A program made the translations under genes and the position numbers. A DNA stretch of 64,000 nucleotides. Origin: the human T2T-CHM13v2.0 reference genome, Homo sapiens. The notes under the pieces were generated by a model. That model worked only from the letters and a program-made list of their open reading frames with translations. It did no database searches and was not told the origin of the DNA. The DNA lies in assembly GCF_009914755.1 (NCBI RefSeq), contig NC_060931.1; one strand, 5' to 3'. Each line of letters opens with the position of its first letter. Within the stretch, counting starts at the first letter, position 1. Positions 1 through 18,177 of the stretch are shown here, in pieces.

Positions 1-75
1 ACTCTGGCTAATATATTAAGGAAAGAATCACTAAACTTGAATGATGTCAATAGAAGCTTCCCAAATAGTAATACA

Positions 76-222
76 AAAGGAGAAGAAAGAAGAAGAGGAA
101 AGAAGAATAAGGAAGAAGAAGAAGAAAGAAGGAGGAGAAACAAGAAGGAGGAGGAGGAGAAGGAGGAGGAATAGGAACAGAAGAAGAGGAAGAAGAAGAA
201 GGAGGAGGAGGAGAAAAAGAAA
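76..222. repeat. GA-rich (GAA/GGA) low-complexity repeat
   Basis: Almost pure purine run of gaa/gga triplets; it produces the spurious Arg/Lys/Glu-rich ORF 41..241. Confidence 0.95.
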
Positions 223-668
223 TAGTCATGTAACAATGTAAGAACCATGGGACAATATCAAAGGTGTAACATATGCATAAATGGGATACCAGAAGGAGAA
301 GACAGAAAGAGAAGAAGGCAGAAAATATATTTGAAGTAATAATAGCTGAAAACTTTACAATGTTAGTGACAGACACAAAAATCACAGATCCAGGAATTTC
401 TGAGAATATCAGGCAGAATAGAAGGGGAAAAATCCACTTTAACTACAGATGAACAAGTATTAGAATTAGCACATAAGTTCTGTCAGAAAACATGAAAGCA
501 ACAAGAATGATACATTTAAAGGATTGAAGGAAACAAAACCACAAACCTAGAATTATATATCCAGATAAATTATTTTCAAAAATGAATGAGAAATATAAAG
601 GGTTTCTAAGAAAAAGAAAAAACAAAGGACTCATCACAACCAGATATGTCATGTAAGAAATGTTGAGA

Positions 669-1019
<351 letters not shown>

Positions 1020-2214
1020 TTAGGTCAAAAACTTGAAACTACATAGAGACAGGAGGTGCACTGGACAAGGAATACATAAAGGTAAAAAATTATTTTTCTT
1101 ACTCTTAATTGATCTAAAAACCAATTTTTAATCCCAAATTATAGTAATGATGTATTGGATGACTAAGCGAGATAAATGATAGCAATGGCAAAGGGAAAGG
1201 AGAAAAATTGCTCAGCGGCTGCACTACACATGAAGCAGTGGAATATTATTTGAAGGTAGACTAAGACTAGTTAAAAACATATAGTGTAATATCTAAGAAA
1301 ACTATTAAACATTTTTTAAAGTATAAATTATATGCTAAGAAGGGATATTAAATCCAATAATATAAAATACTCAAAACCACAGAAGGAAGCAAAATAAGAA
1401 AAAGAAGCAAATAAAATGAATGAAAAACAGTTAAAAAGATAGTAGATATCAATCTAACTGTCAATAATCACTTTAAACTTGAATGGTCTGAGTACACCAA
1501 TTAAAAAACAGATTTTCAGAGTGAGTAAAAACAAAGTGAAAACCAACTGTTTTCTGTCTGTAAGAAACACTTTAAATATAAAGATTCAGGTAATTAAATT
1601 AAAGGAAAAGAATGGAGAAATGTCATAACACTGTAATTTATCAAAAGAAAGCTGGAGGAAGTATATTAATTTCACACAGAGTAGACCAGATATTATCAAG
1701 GATAAAGAGTTATATTCATTATATAATAAAAGGGGTTGATTTTCTGATAACCCACAAAAATGCTACATGTGTATGCACCTAATAATGAATCAAATATGTC
1801 AAAATACGTATGGCAAAAACTAACAGAACTGAAAACAGAAATGCACAAATCCAAGATTAGAGTTGGAGGCTTCAGCATCCTTCCATTAGTAATTTATAGA
1901 TCAAAACAGGTAGAAAATCAGTATAGATACAGATCACCTTCAGAGTGCAATCAATTCACTTGATCTAATTGAAATTTATAGAAGTCTCCATCCAACAACA
2001 GAATACTATTTTTTCCTCAAACTCACTTACAACATTCACAAAGATAGATAATTTTGAGCCAAAAAAATACAACCAATTAAAAAGAATAGAAATCACACAG
2101 TGTATGTTCTCATAAAACAAAGGAATTAAACTAGAAGTAAATAAATAACAGAAAGATAGCTTCAAAAAATTTTCAAATATACAGAGATTTAAAAATATTA
2201 TTCTCTCAGATAAG

Positions 2215-5135
<2,921 letters not shown>

Positions 5136-6481
5136 TTTGTTGTTGTTGTTGTTTTTAAAAAAAACTTCTAAGTAACACATGAATCAAATAAGAAGTTTCC
5201 AGAGAAATGTAAAAATATTTTGAATTAAATATAAATGAACATAGGATGCAGCTAAAATAATGCTTGCAGGGGACTTTTTAAAGTGCAACATGCTTACATA
5301 ACAGGAAAAATCTCCTCAGATCAATAATCTGTGCTACTACTTCAAGAATCTAGAAAATGGAGAGCAAAAACCACTACCACCACCACCATCAACAACAACA
5401 AACCCCAAAGCAAGTAGAAGGAAGGAAATGAAAAACAAGAGCAGAACCAATGAAATTGAAAACACAAATGCAATAGGGAAAATTAATGAAAACAAAAGGT
5501 GGTTCTTCAAAAATATTAATAAAATTGATAAACCACTAGCCACACTAACCAGGAATAAAAGAACACACAAATTACTAATACCAGAAATGAAAGTGAAATC
5601 ATCCTTACTTGTCCCATAGCCATTAAAAGGATCATATGAAAACATCTTTAATGGCTCTATGACCACAGTTTGATGCTTTAGTTGAAATGGACAAATTTCT
5701 TGAAAGGCATGATCCTGAAATTTACTTCAGAAGGAAAAAATAATCTAACTCTCTTTGTCTCTATTGAGGGAATTGAGTTGGTATTTAAAAAAAACTTTCA
5801 AAAAAAAAAAAAAACAGCATGGCTACATGGCTGCACTGGTGAATTTTGCCAAACATTTAAAGAAGAAATAACATGAATTCTCCACAGTCTCTCCCATAAG
5901 GTTAAAGAGCAACAGTTTCTGACTAATTTTGTGAGGCTAGCATTATCCTAATACCAAAAGCAAGTGGAGACATTATAAGGAAGGAAAAGTAAAGATCAAT
6001 ATCTCTTCTGAATTTAGACTCTAAATCCTTTAAAAAAATCACAAACTGAATCCAGTGATATACAGAAAAGATAACACATCATGACCAAGAGGGATTCACT
6101 ATAGGAATGCAAGACTAGTTCAGCATTCGTAAGCCAATCTGTATAACTCATGATATTAACAGATTAGGAAGAAAACCATATGGTCATATCAGTAGATGCA
6201 GTGAAAGCATTCAACAAAATTCAACACCCATGATAAACACTAAAAAATTAGGAATAGAAGAAAATTTCCTAACCCTCAGTAAGTGTATAGGAATTTTATA
6301 AAAATTCAGAACTTTTGCTTTGTGAAACATATTGTTAAGGGAATTAAGAAAACAAGTTTTACACCTGGAGAAAATATTTTTAAGTCATGTACAGAATAAA
6401 GGACTTGTATCTAAAACATACAAAAACCTCTTAAAACTCAATAATAAGAAAACAAACAACCCAATTAAAAATAGGCAAAAA

Positions 6482-6795
<314 letters not shown>

Positions 6796-7275
6796 TCACC
6801 AGGGAAGATATGTAGGAAGCAAATAAGGATATGAAATTATACCCAATATCATTTGTCATTAAAGCATTGCAAATTAAAGTGACGATGTGATGCCACCACA
6901 TATCTGCTAGAATGGTAAAGTGAAACAAACAAATAAACTCACCTTACCAACTGCTGATGAGGCTATAGAGCAACAGGAACTCTCATTTATTGCTAGAGGG
7001 AATGTAAATGGTATAAACACTTTGGATGACACGTGGTTTTTTTACAAAGCTAAATATACTTTTACCCTATGATCTAGCAATCATGATTCTAGGTATTCAC
7101 CCAAAGGAATTGAAAACTTATGTCCACACAAAAACCTGCATATGAATGTTTATAGTTTTATTGGTAATTGCCAAAACTTGGAGCAACCAAGATGTCCTTC
7201 AATAGGTGAATGGATTAGTAAACTAGTATTTAAACACAATTGAAAATTATTCAGCAATAAAAAAGAATGAACTAT

Positions 7276-7644
7276 TGATACGGTTAGGTTTTGTGTCTCC
7301 ACCTAAATCTCATCTTGAATTGTAATCCCCAGGTGTTGAGGGAGAGACCCAGTGGGAGGTGATTGGATTACAGGGGCCATTTCCCCCATGCTGTTCTCAT
7401 GATAGTAAGTAAATTCTCACAAGATCTGATGGTTATATAAATGGTAATTCTTCTTGTGCTTGCACATGCTCACTCTGTCCTGCCACCATGTGAAAAGGTC
7501 CAAGTTTGCTTCCCCTTCCCCTTCTGCCATAATTGTAAGTTTCCTGAGGCCTCCCCAGCCATGTGGAACTGTGAGTCAATTAAAACTCTTTTGTTTATAA
7601 ATTACCCAGTGTGATTTATAGCAGTGTGAAAATGGACTAAAACA
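7276..7644 (+). mobile_element. THE1 (THE1C/D-like) MaLR solo LTR
   Basis: Runs from tgatacggttagg...ctcatcttgaattgtaatcccc to ...ggactaaaaca. Near-TSD actat/gctat. Confidence 0.9.
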
Positions 7645-8993
7645 GCTATCAAGCCATGAAGAGGAGCTTTAAATGCATATTGCTGAGTGAATAAGCAATT
7701 CATACAAGAATTCACAGAAGAACACAGCCTGCAACAGCTACATAGTGTATGATCCCATTTATATGAAATTCCAGAAAAGGTAAAACTATAGAGATCATGG
7801 TTGCCAGAAATTCAGAGACAAGGGAGTTGAATGGGTGAAGCATAGGATATTTTTAGGATGAGAAATCTATTTTGTATGATTTTGCTATGGTGAATACATG
7901 ACACTATGGATTTGTCAAAACCCATAGAGCTTTACAGTCTGAACTACAGTCAGTACCAATGAATGCAAATTTCAGAAAACATTTAGGAGGTTAGGGGATT
8001 CTGGGAAGATATTCAGATTAAAACAAAATAATCTAACTGAATTAAAAGTGCAGGAAACAACCTCACTGACGGGAATGGTGGGGGAAAGTTACTGACATAA
8101 GTAATTTTGGAAATTAGTGGAGTCTGCAAGACAAATAGCAAAAGAAATGGCACATTAAGCATTGGACTGTAGTTAATAAAGTTCTTCCCCGGGAGTATGT
8201 GTTAATAATTTTGAAACCACTATAAATATACACTGGAATTGAAAAAGTAAGAAATAGAGAGTGGGTGTCGGTAGCCAAGTTTGTTACTGCTGATTGGAAA
8301 GGGAGGTTAAAGGTAAGTAAGAGAAAGGGGCTAGAATGGTTTATGTGGAGTTGGAGTAGAGTTAGGAACTCATGGATAGCTTAATTTAGATTCAGATCAA
8401 CACACATAGAAACATTTACAGTTACGAGTCTATAGATGAGTTAATATACACACATTTATTCCCTTGCTGATCAGCTGAGGGAGTCTAAATACAACGAAAC
8501 TTGAGTGGCAATGAGCACACTTGGTGCCTAGATTTTGTGTTTTATACCATTCTTGAATAAAAGGAACTAGGAATCCATAGAGAAATGTCTGATTCCAGAG
8601 CTGGGGCAGGGAATATACAAAGTGAGCCTGAAGCATCTCCTAGTGACAGGAAGAAAGAAAATGCTCAACAATAACAATAATGACCACAACAGTGGAACCA
8701 CAATGATGGGGCATGTCAAAGGGACACAGGAGCCTACTGAACGGGCTTCCAGTGGCCAAGGCTGGAACAACTTGGGCAACAGAGTTAACAAAATAGTATT
8801 GAATTATAACCCAAAGTGTAAAATAAATATTCATGAGTATATGTATAAACACACATACATAATATATACACACGTATAACTCCTGTATGTACATTTATAT
8901 AAATAAATGATCAAATAAATAAATAGATGAGGAAGCACAGAGAAATTTCTTACTCAAAAGAATCCCAAATAATTTATTTAGATAGTCCTCACT

Positions 8994-9589
8994 TGTGTTA
9001 GTCAGGACACTCCAAAGAAGCAGAACCAATAGGATGTGTACATATTGAAAGAGATTTATTATAGGCAATTGGCTCCATGATTACAGAAGCGAGAAGTCCC
9101 AAGATCTGCAGCCAGCAAGCTGGAGATGCAAGAGAACAGACAGTATAAGTAATAGTCTGAAGACTAGTAAGCTCAAGACCCAGGGAAAACTGATCTCTCA
9201 GTCCCAGTCTAAAGGCAGAAAAAGACATATGTCCCAGCTCAAAGTGGATAGAGATAGTGGTTGCCAGCGATTCAGGGGAGAGAGTTGAATGGGTGAAGCA
9301 CAGGGTAACTTTGGGATGATAAAGATATTCTGTATGATTCTGTAATGGTAAATATATAATACCATGGATTTGCCAAATGCATAGAACAGGAGTTCCCTTT
9401 TAATCAGAGACAGTCACCCTTTTATTTCTATTCATTCAATTGACTGGATGAGGCCCACCCACATTGGAATGTAATTCAAACGCTAATCTCATTCAGAAAC
9501 ACCCTGAGAGACAAATCCAGGGTGATATTTGACCAAATATTTGGGTACTCCATGGCCCAGTGAAGTTGTCACATAAATTAGCCATTACA
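8994..9589 (-). mobile_element. MLT2B-like ERVL solo LTR with a ~140-bp L1-derived insert at 9248-9387
   Basis: Runs from tgtgttagtcagg...gcagaaccaataggatg to ...gttgtcacataaattagccattaca; matches the MLT2 reverse complement. Confidence 0.85.
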
Positions 9590-10449
9590 ATCCTCAAGGA
9601 GGAGGAGCATAACTGCCACCCTTAAGTCTAGACAATGAATAGTTACTTTCTTCTAAAATACACATCGTGGAAAGAGTGGGGAGAGGAACTTTACAATGGA
9701 GAAACCTGACACACATGACCTCAGCCAGGTGATCAAGGTCAACATCAAGAGTGATAAGTCATGTCAGTAGTATGTGCTCTTGATATGATGTGATGGGGAA
9801 AATGATACTTACCTTTGTGGTCTTCCTCCCTCAAACCTATGTGTCCTCCAGGCTGGGCCCTTGATGTGCAAAAGGCTCACAGTCTAGAATCTCCACTCAG
9901 GCAATAGCCTGGCCTTCAGGCCCATTTGCATGTCACATAACAGTAGTTTACACAGTAAATCCAAAAATTCCCTCTTTATTTCTTCTTAAATTCACTTGGT
10001 GTAAATTTTAAATCCTGCTCCATAATGTCTCCCCCAATGGATTTGGTGGGCCAATAAAGGCCAGGATTTCAGAAAGGGAAAAGAAGTTGCCTATGATGGC
10101 TCTCAGAGTGCCCTCCCATACCAGCCTGGAAGGACAGTCTTAGAAGAGATTCACACAAAATCTGTTTGCCATTTCTGCCCTAACACCTGATTTACAGAGC
10201 CTTCCCCACCCCTGCTCCCTCTGCTTTAAGTCGTCTGGCTCTCCAATGTTCCTTCCAGTCTTCCAAGGCAGAGCAGCTCTTGATGATCTCTGTCCTGGGT
10301 TTGGGCATTGTGTTTCCATGGAGGTGTCCATGGCTGCTACAGCATCACTGGTGGACATGCCACACAGTCACCTTTTATAGCCTTGCAGTTCACAGAGTCT
10401 CCCACATCTTTTGTTAATGAGCTACTGTTGAACCATGATCTTTTTCTTT

Positions 10450-11860
<1,411 letters not shown>

Positions 11861-12344
11861 CTCCTTACTTAGTATTTGTGATGTTGGAAACATTTTGGGA
11901 GCAAATCTCAAGACTTTGCATTTATTTCAGTTAAATAGGATCCCTTTCCCAAGACTGTTAAGGTATCATTTTAGATCCGGGGCTGATATCCACCCTCCCT
12001 TGCCAATCCCCATGTCACCCCCAAACCAATCCAGCTACTATCATCTGCAAACTTGCTGAGCTATTTCAAGACCATCCCAAGAGAACAAGAAAATACAATT
12101 CACGTTTATTCACTTTGTGCAAAACAGGTTCAAAGATATGATTTTCCCTCAGCATTGTGAGAACTATGAGGTGCCCCTCAGGGCTGATTTGCCCCCAGGC
12201 ATCACAGTGTATAAGTCAAGGTGACAGGATCAAGGGCGGGGTCCTCATCAATGGAATTAGTCTTAATTTGTCACATGAGAGTCATTCTGCAGTATCCCCA
12301 GAGAGTGACGGCTTAGACATGTGGCCTATTTGCAGAAGGCTCAC

Positions 12345-12581
12345 CTGGAGCTAGTAGGAGAGCCGTGGATCGCCCCTCGGTCCTGAGAACTGCCCTACAG
12401 GGGGAGGCGCGGGAGTCACTGTGCTTCTGTGAGATAGTGATGAGCAAAGAAGCAGGAATAGCAAGGAAAACGGAAGGGATCTTCACCTGGGTGTAGACTA
12501 CCACTCTGCTGAGAATCTGCTGCCATCTTTAGAGTGCCCGCCTAGACGCTGATTGTAGGTCAGATACTGAGGGTGACGTCA
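12345..12581 (-). promoter_or_regulatory. Candidate promoter and first exon (CRE, YY1-like motif, splice donor)
   Basis: Palindromic CRE TGACGTCA at 12574-12581. AAGATGGC on the minus strand at 12522-12529. CAG|GTGAG donor at 12345/12344. Local CpG retention in non-repeat DNA. Confidence 0.4.
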
Positions 12582-12599
12582 CATAATTTTTCCTGCAAT

Positions 12600-12745
12600 T
12601 GTACAACAGCAGCACCGCTTTATCTCCATAGTATAAGTGAGGAAAGGAAGGCACAGACATGCCCAGTAACATGTCCAAGTATCATAGCCAGAAGGGTGTG
12701 GAAGCCAGAATCACCTGGCTCTGCTTGTCCCAAACACCTGCTCTG
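12600..12745 (-). mobile_element. MIR fragment
   Basis: ctccatagtataagtgaggaaaggaaggcacaga...gtccaagtatcatagc...gaagccagaat resembles the MIR core reverse complement. Confidence 0.65.
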
Positions 12746-13729
12746 AAGGCCACCTGTTTCATTGACCCCTACACCATCCAGAGCTGATTTGGTTATCAAG
12801 AGGAATGGCAGGAAAGAGGAAAAGGAGGCAGGAAGCACTATCTCTGATCACTCCATGCAAACTCACTTCTCAGAATCACTGCACAAGGAAAATAGGATTT
12901 CTGTCAGTTAAGCACTAAAGCACTGCAGCTGAAGGCCATTGCCTCACGCCACTACCAGTGGCTCAGTTCAGTCACCTCCTGAGGGAGCCGTGGCTCTCCC
13001 CACTGCCTGCTCACCCCTGCAGAGGATCGACGGGAAGCACTTCCTTTGCTGGATGTCTCGGGGCTCGTTTGCAGCCTGCTGAGAAATTTTAGTGTTCTTT
13101 TCTTCTTATTACAGCTACATTATTAGGCCTCGTAGTCCTGGTGCAAGCTGGGAGGAGTTCCCCTGATTATAGATTATAAAACAGCATTTTCCCTCTAACA
13201 GCTTGAATGGCTTTCACAAAAAGAATTAGGAAGTTTGTTATTTCACTTGATGTGCCAAAATATGCCCATTAAATTCAGCAAATTGATAGAAAAGATACCA
13301 CACACACCGTCCTGCAGTCTGCATTTACAGCATCACAATATTTGTATTCTGAAGTGTTGCCTGGAACACATTCTCCATATTTGACTTTCCAGACCCGATT
13401 ATGCAGTTTCATTCAGTTTTTATTTCTACTTTAGTATCAAAGCAGTCTAAGATTTTAAAATTGAAGAAAATATGTTTTCAAGTATGTTTTGAAATATCAT
13501 TAGCTTTGAAGACTAAATATGCTTTTTAAAATAAAAAGGGTGTGCATTTTCCAGGACCCTAGCCACCCTGCAGAGTTTATCCTGAGCTCTTTAGGGTCTC
13601 CACTGTTTGGCCACTTATGTCACACCTTTTATCTTTATCCCTTACACAAGGACATACCATTTTTCCAGACGCTGGTGTTGCCCATGACCTGATGTTAGGC
13701 TCTGCAATATTTTCAGATATGAGTAAGAG

Positions 13730-13975
13730 AAGAGCAGCACTCGTGGCTCAAATAAACAAGAAGTCTGGGGCTTGGCGCAGCAGCTCAGTGGTGTCAGGGC
13801 AGTTCCCTTAGCAATCCCCTTAGCTTGTTTCTCACAAGCCACAGAGTAGCCCCTGCAGCTCTAGCCATCATATCACCTTCAAGGCAAGAACATAGCTCAG
13901 ACCTCTGCCCAACTCTCAGTGCCCTCCAGACTCTGCCAAGTGGCTCTCACAGCGGTAAGGACCAGGAGAAGGCAG
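13730..13975 (-). mobile_element. Old MLT1 (J/K/L-like) LTR fragment
   Basis: gcagctcagtggtgtca...ctgcagctctagccatcatatcaccttcaaggcaag resembles old MLT1 LTRs. Confidence 0.5.
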
Positions 13976-13996
13976 GTGCACCATTCAACTTTTGAA

Positions 13997-14124
13997 ATAT
14001 ATGTATATACACAAACACACACATATATACACATATATATACGCACTATATATAGATACATATATACATATATCCACATACATACATACACACACATACA
14101 TATATATGTGCATATATATGCATA
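13997..14124. repeat. (TA/CA)n compound microsatellite
   Basis: Alternating purine-pyrimidine tract atatatgtatatacacaaacacacacatatatac... Confidence 0.95.
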
Positions 14125-14181
14125 AGTATGTAAAATATTTTGGAAACTCTTGAGTTTTAAATAGAGAAGAAAAAACTTCTG

Positions 14182-14890
<709 letters not shown>

Positions 14891-15289
14891 CTCTGCATAT
14901 ACATCTCAGGGAACAGTCTGTCAAACTTTTTATTAATTTTTCCTAAATTGGAAACTTTAAGAATAATTTCCGCTCACAGTTTAGGAAATTGGTAAAACTC
15001 ATTTGATTATCAGTCATGCTTAAGAACAGATTCAGACTACTATTTTTTTTTTCTTAATATAAACGCCATGCTTGGCTCTAGAAAATGCAGTGTAAGGAGA
15101 GAGGTGAAATTGGTGAGTTCTGTCAGGGCAGGGCTGCTGGACTTAGATCATAAAAGTATTGATATTCATTTAAGTTCTTTCTAATTAGCTATGTATATAT
15201 TCATTGATATAAAAGAAACATATTGCATGGATATATTTGTACTAAGAATTATTCATCATTTAGCTGAAGTAAATTATAAGAATCTAAGT

Positions 15290-17057
15290 TACATACCTCT
15301 CTTTTATTACATTTTCTTGATGATTTGGTTCTCCTTAGCCATTTCTTGTTTGTAGAACTTGTTTAAAAAATTCCTTGCAGTGATAGCTCATTTTCCGTTA
15401 CTTTAGTCACTCTTCTGCCCACTGGCTATCATTAATGAGAACAACTGTGCAACATTAGCATTATGAGCTGGCACACTGAGCACACCCTGGCATAAAGTTA
15501 GCAACTCTGAAAACTGCCCTTGGGGTTTGATTTGTTGAGGTGCATAATACCACCTCTTTAGTACAGCTTGCTTTCTCATTCTTAGAGATTCCATTGTATC
15601 TGTCATTCATCAACTTTTGAAGATGTGGCCCACCACCAACAATAAAAAGGACAGTCAATTTTTATTCCCTTTAACATTACACATGATGTTTCTTGTTGTT
15701 CCCAGGTTGAGAGAGTATTAGTAACATTCATGTAAAAGAAAGAAATTTTTAAAGGGATGAAATCCATTTCAAAGATAGTCATGGCAAATGCCATAATAAT
15801 TATCCACTTTGAGCCAGAATTTCCTTTTCTGCTCATAATTAATGTTGTCCCTTTGAAGAACAGCCATGATACTTAAAGGGATAAATATTTCTTTAATGGT
15901 TTCTTTAATGTATTCATAAGTTCCTTTAGGCAATAGAGTCCTTCAATAACACTGTTTGCTCTTCTCTCAATTTGCATAATCTTATTGCTAAGGGGATATT
16001 GAAAACTCTGAGCAAGGAATAAGTAGGTTTCACTCAGTAAATTATTTATAAAGTCAAGAAGAAATTTTAGTGCCTTTTCTTCAGAATTAGAGTATGATTT
16101 CAGTGCTTCAAATAAACTGAGGAGTCTCTCAACTGAATTTGTTAAAGAGAGAAAACAGTTTTTGAATGTGAGTGAATTGAGCACTACAGAATGCCCAGAA
16201 AATTACCAAAGCCCTTTAATTACTCAGTTCAAACAGTATTAATGCTGAAATTAGAGAACAATTTTGTGACAATTACTTTGATGTCAATAGAAAGAACATC
16301 AGCTGCTGTTTGAGCAGCATTATGCAGAATATGGGCAGGACAGCCAACCCTGCCACAGAATCATTTATTATGCCACTTTCAATAGACATTGTCTTCTGCA
16401 CCTTTACACAAACATCCAGCAAAATGTGTATTTGTATCATTTCCATGAAAAGCAGTACTTTTTTTCATTAACCACAAAGTCAATAAGAGAATCACTGCGA
16501 AAATCTGCTAATATTATTGATGTCTCCTCTGAAAGATATCTTACTTGGGACAACCGTAGAAGCAAGTGTTTTTCAAGAAAAACATATTGCATGAGCAAAG
16601 GGAATTAATGTTTCTGTATTGTGATTACTTGGTTTTGCTTCTGGGTCTGTGCTGTAAAAAGATTAGGTAGTTGGAGCTTTGATAATCTCTGTGATAGTAA
16701 ATGGAGTGGTTACATATTTTATTATTGCAGGAGATTCTGTTTTGGCACTTATAAATTTTCTTGCAATGTTGGAATCAGAAAATACTTTTGGCAGCAGTAT
16801 GTTAAGGCAGTCATTTGAGCTGAAAGACTGAAGGTGATATACAGTGTGGAAGTCATCACAACTTCTGCAATTATTTTGTCTTCTTCATTTGAATTCCTGT
16901 AAAGCAAAAAAAAAAAAAAGTTATTTTATCACTTTCTTCGGTACTAGTTGAGGAAATCACATGTCTCTTATGTTTAGCTGTTTGCCTGTGCTAGTTTATG
17001 GCTGACTTTCCACTCTTTCTATATTGAATGAACAATTGCATCCTGAACAAAGAGTTT
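15290..17057 (-). pseudogene. Fossil hAT (Blackjack/hAT5-like) DDE transposase: second half of the BED finger through the C-terminal dimerisation domain
   Basis: Manual minus-strand translation across frameshifts gives, in order: CSGCNCSFNI..SGKSAIN*HRQTAKH (~17050-16965); FHTVYHLQSFSSNDCLNILLPKVFSDSNIARKFISAKT (~16850-16740); AFHGNDTNTHFAG (~16455-16415); VGCPAHILHNAAQTAADVLSIDI (from 16348); SHSKT/CFLSLTNSVERLLSLFEALKSY (~16175-16090); LSVPAHNANVAQLFSLM (~15480-15430). Confidence 0.88.
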
Positions 17058-17693
17058 TGTGGGGGCCAAGGCCCTTGGTACCTTGGAGGTTTGCTGAAAA
17101 TCACTGACATGAAGTAGATTGATTAATAGGAGAAAAGTGTCAACAAAAAGGAGTCAAACTCTAAAATGTTTGAAGAGATTTATTCTGAGTCAAATGTGAG
17201 GACCATGACCCATGACATAGCCCTAGGAGGTCCTGTGAACATGTGCACAGGTGGTTAGGTGACAGCTTGGTTTTAGAGAGACATGAGACATCAATCAATA
17301 CATGTAAGATATGCATTGGTTCAATTGGTTCAGTCCAGAAAGGTAGGACAACTTGAAATGGCCAGTGGGGTGTGGGGAGGGGAAAGGGGGTTGGGGAGAG
17401 CTCACAGGTCATAGGTAGATTCTAAGATTTTTCTGATTGGCAATTGGTTGAAAGAGTTGAATTATTACCTAAAGACCTAGAATCAATAGAAAGGAGTGTC
17501 CAGGATAAGGGGAAATGTGTGTGGAGACCAAGGTTATTATTATATAGAGTAGATGGCAAATGTCTCTCATCAGGCCTTAAAAGGTGACAGACCCTTATTA
17601 TCTCTCCTGGATCAGGAAAGACCTGGAAAGAAGGACAGGACTCTACAGAATGTAGATTTTCCCCACAATAGACAGCTTTGCAGGGGCATTTAA

Positions 17694-18071
<378 letters not shown>

Positions 18072-18177
18072 CATTTTTTTTTTTTAATCTTGGTTTATTT
18101 TATTACTTTACATCTCAGGGAGTTCTCCTATCTGAAGAACAGATAAATATTTGCCTATATTTTCACCTAGATTATTT

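Noticed and set aside
41-241. Arg/Lys-rich protamine-like ORF
   Set aside because: It is the translation of a GAA/GGA simple repeat inside an L1 ORF1 remnant.
13592-13650. tagggtctcc as the missing left TIR of the hAT fossil
   Set aside because: Only 8 of 10 bases match the 26090 terminus, flanks show no TSD, and unrelated sequence intervenes. The 3' end of the element is unresolved.
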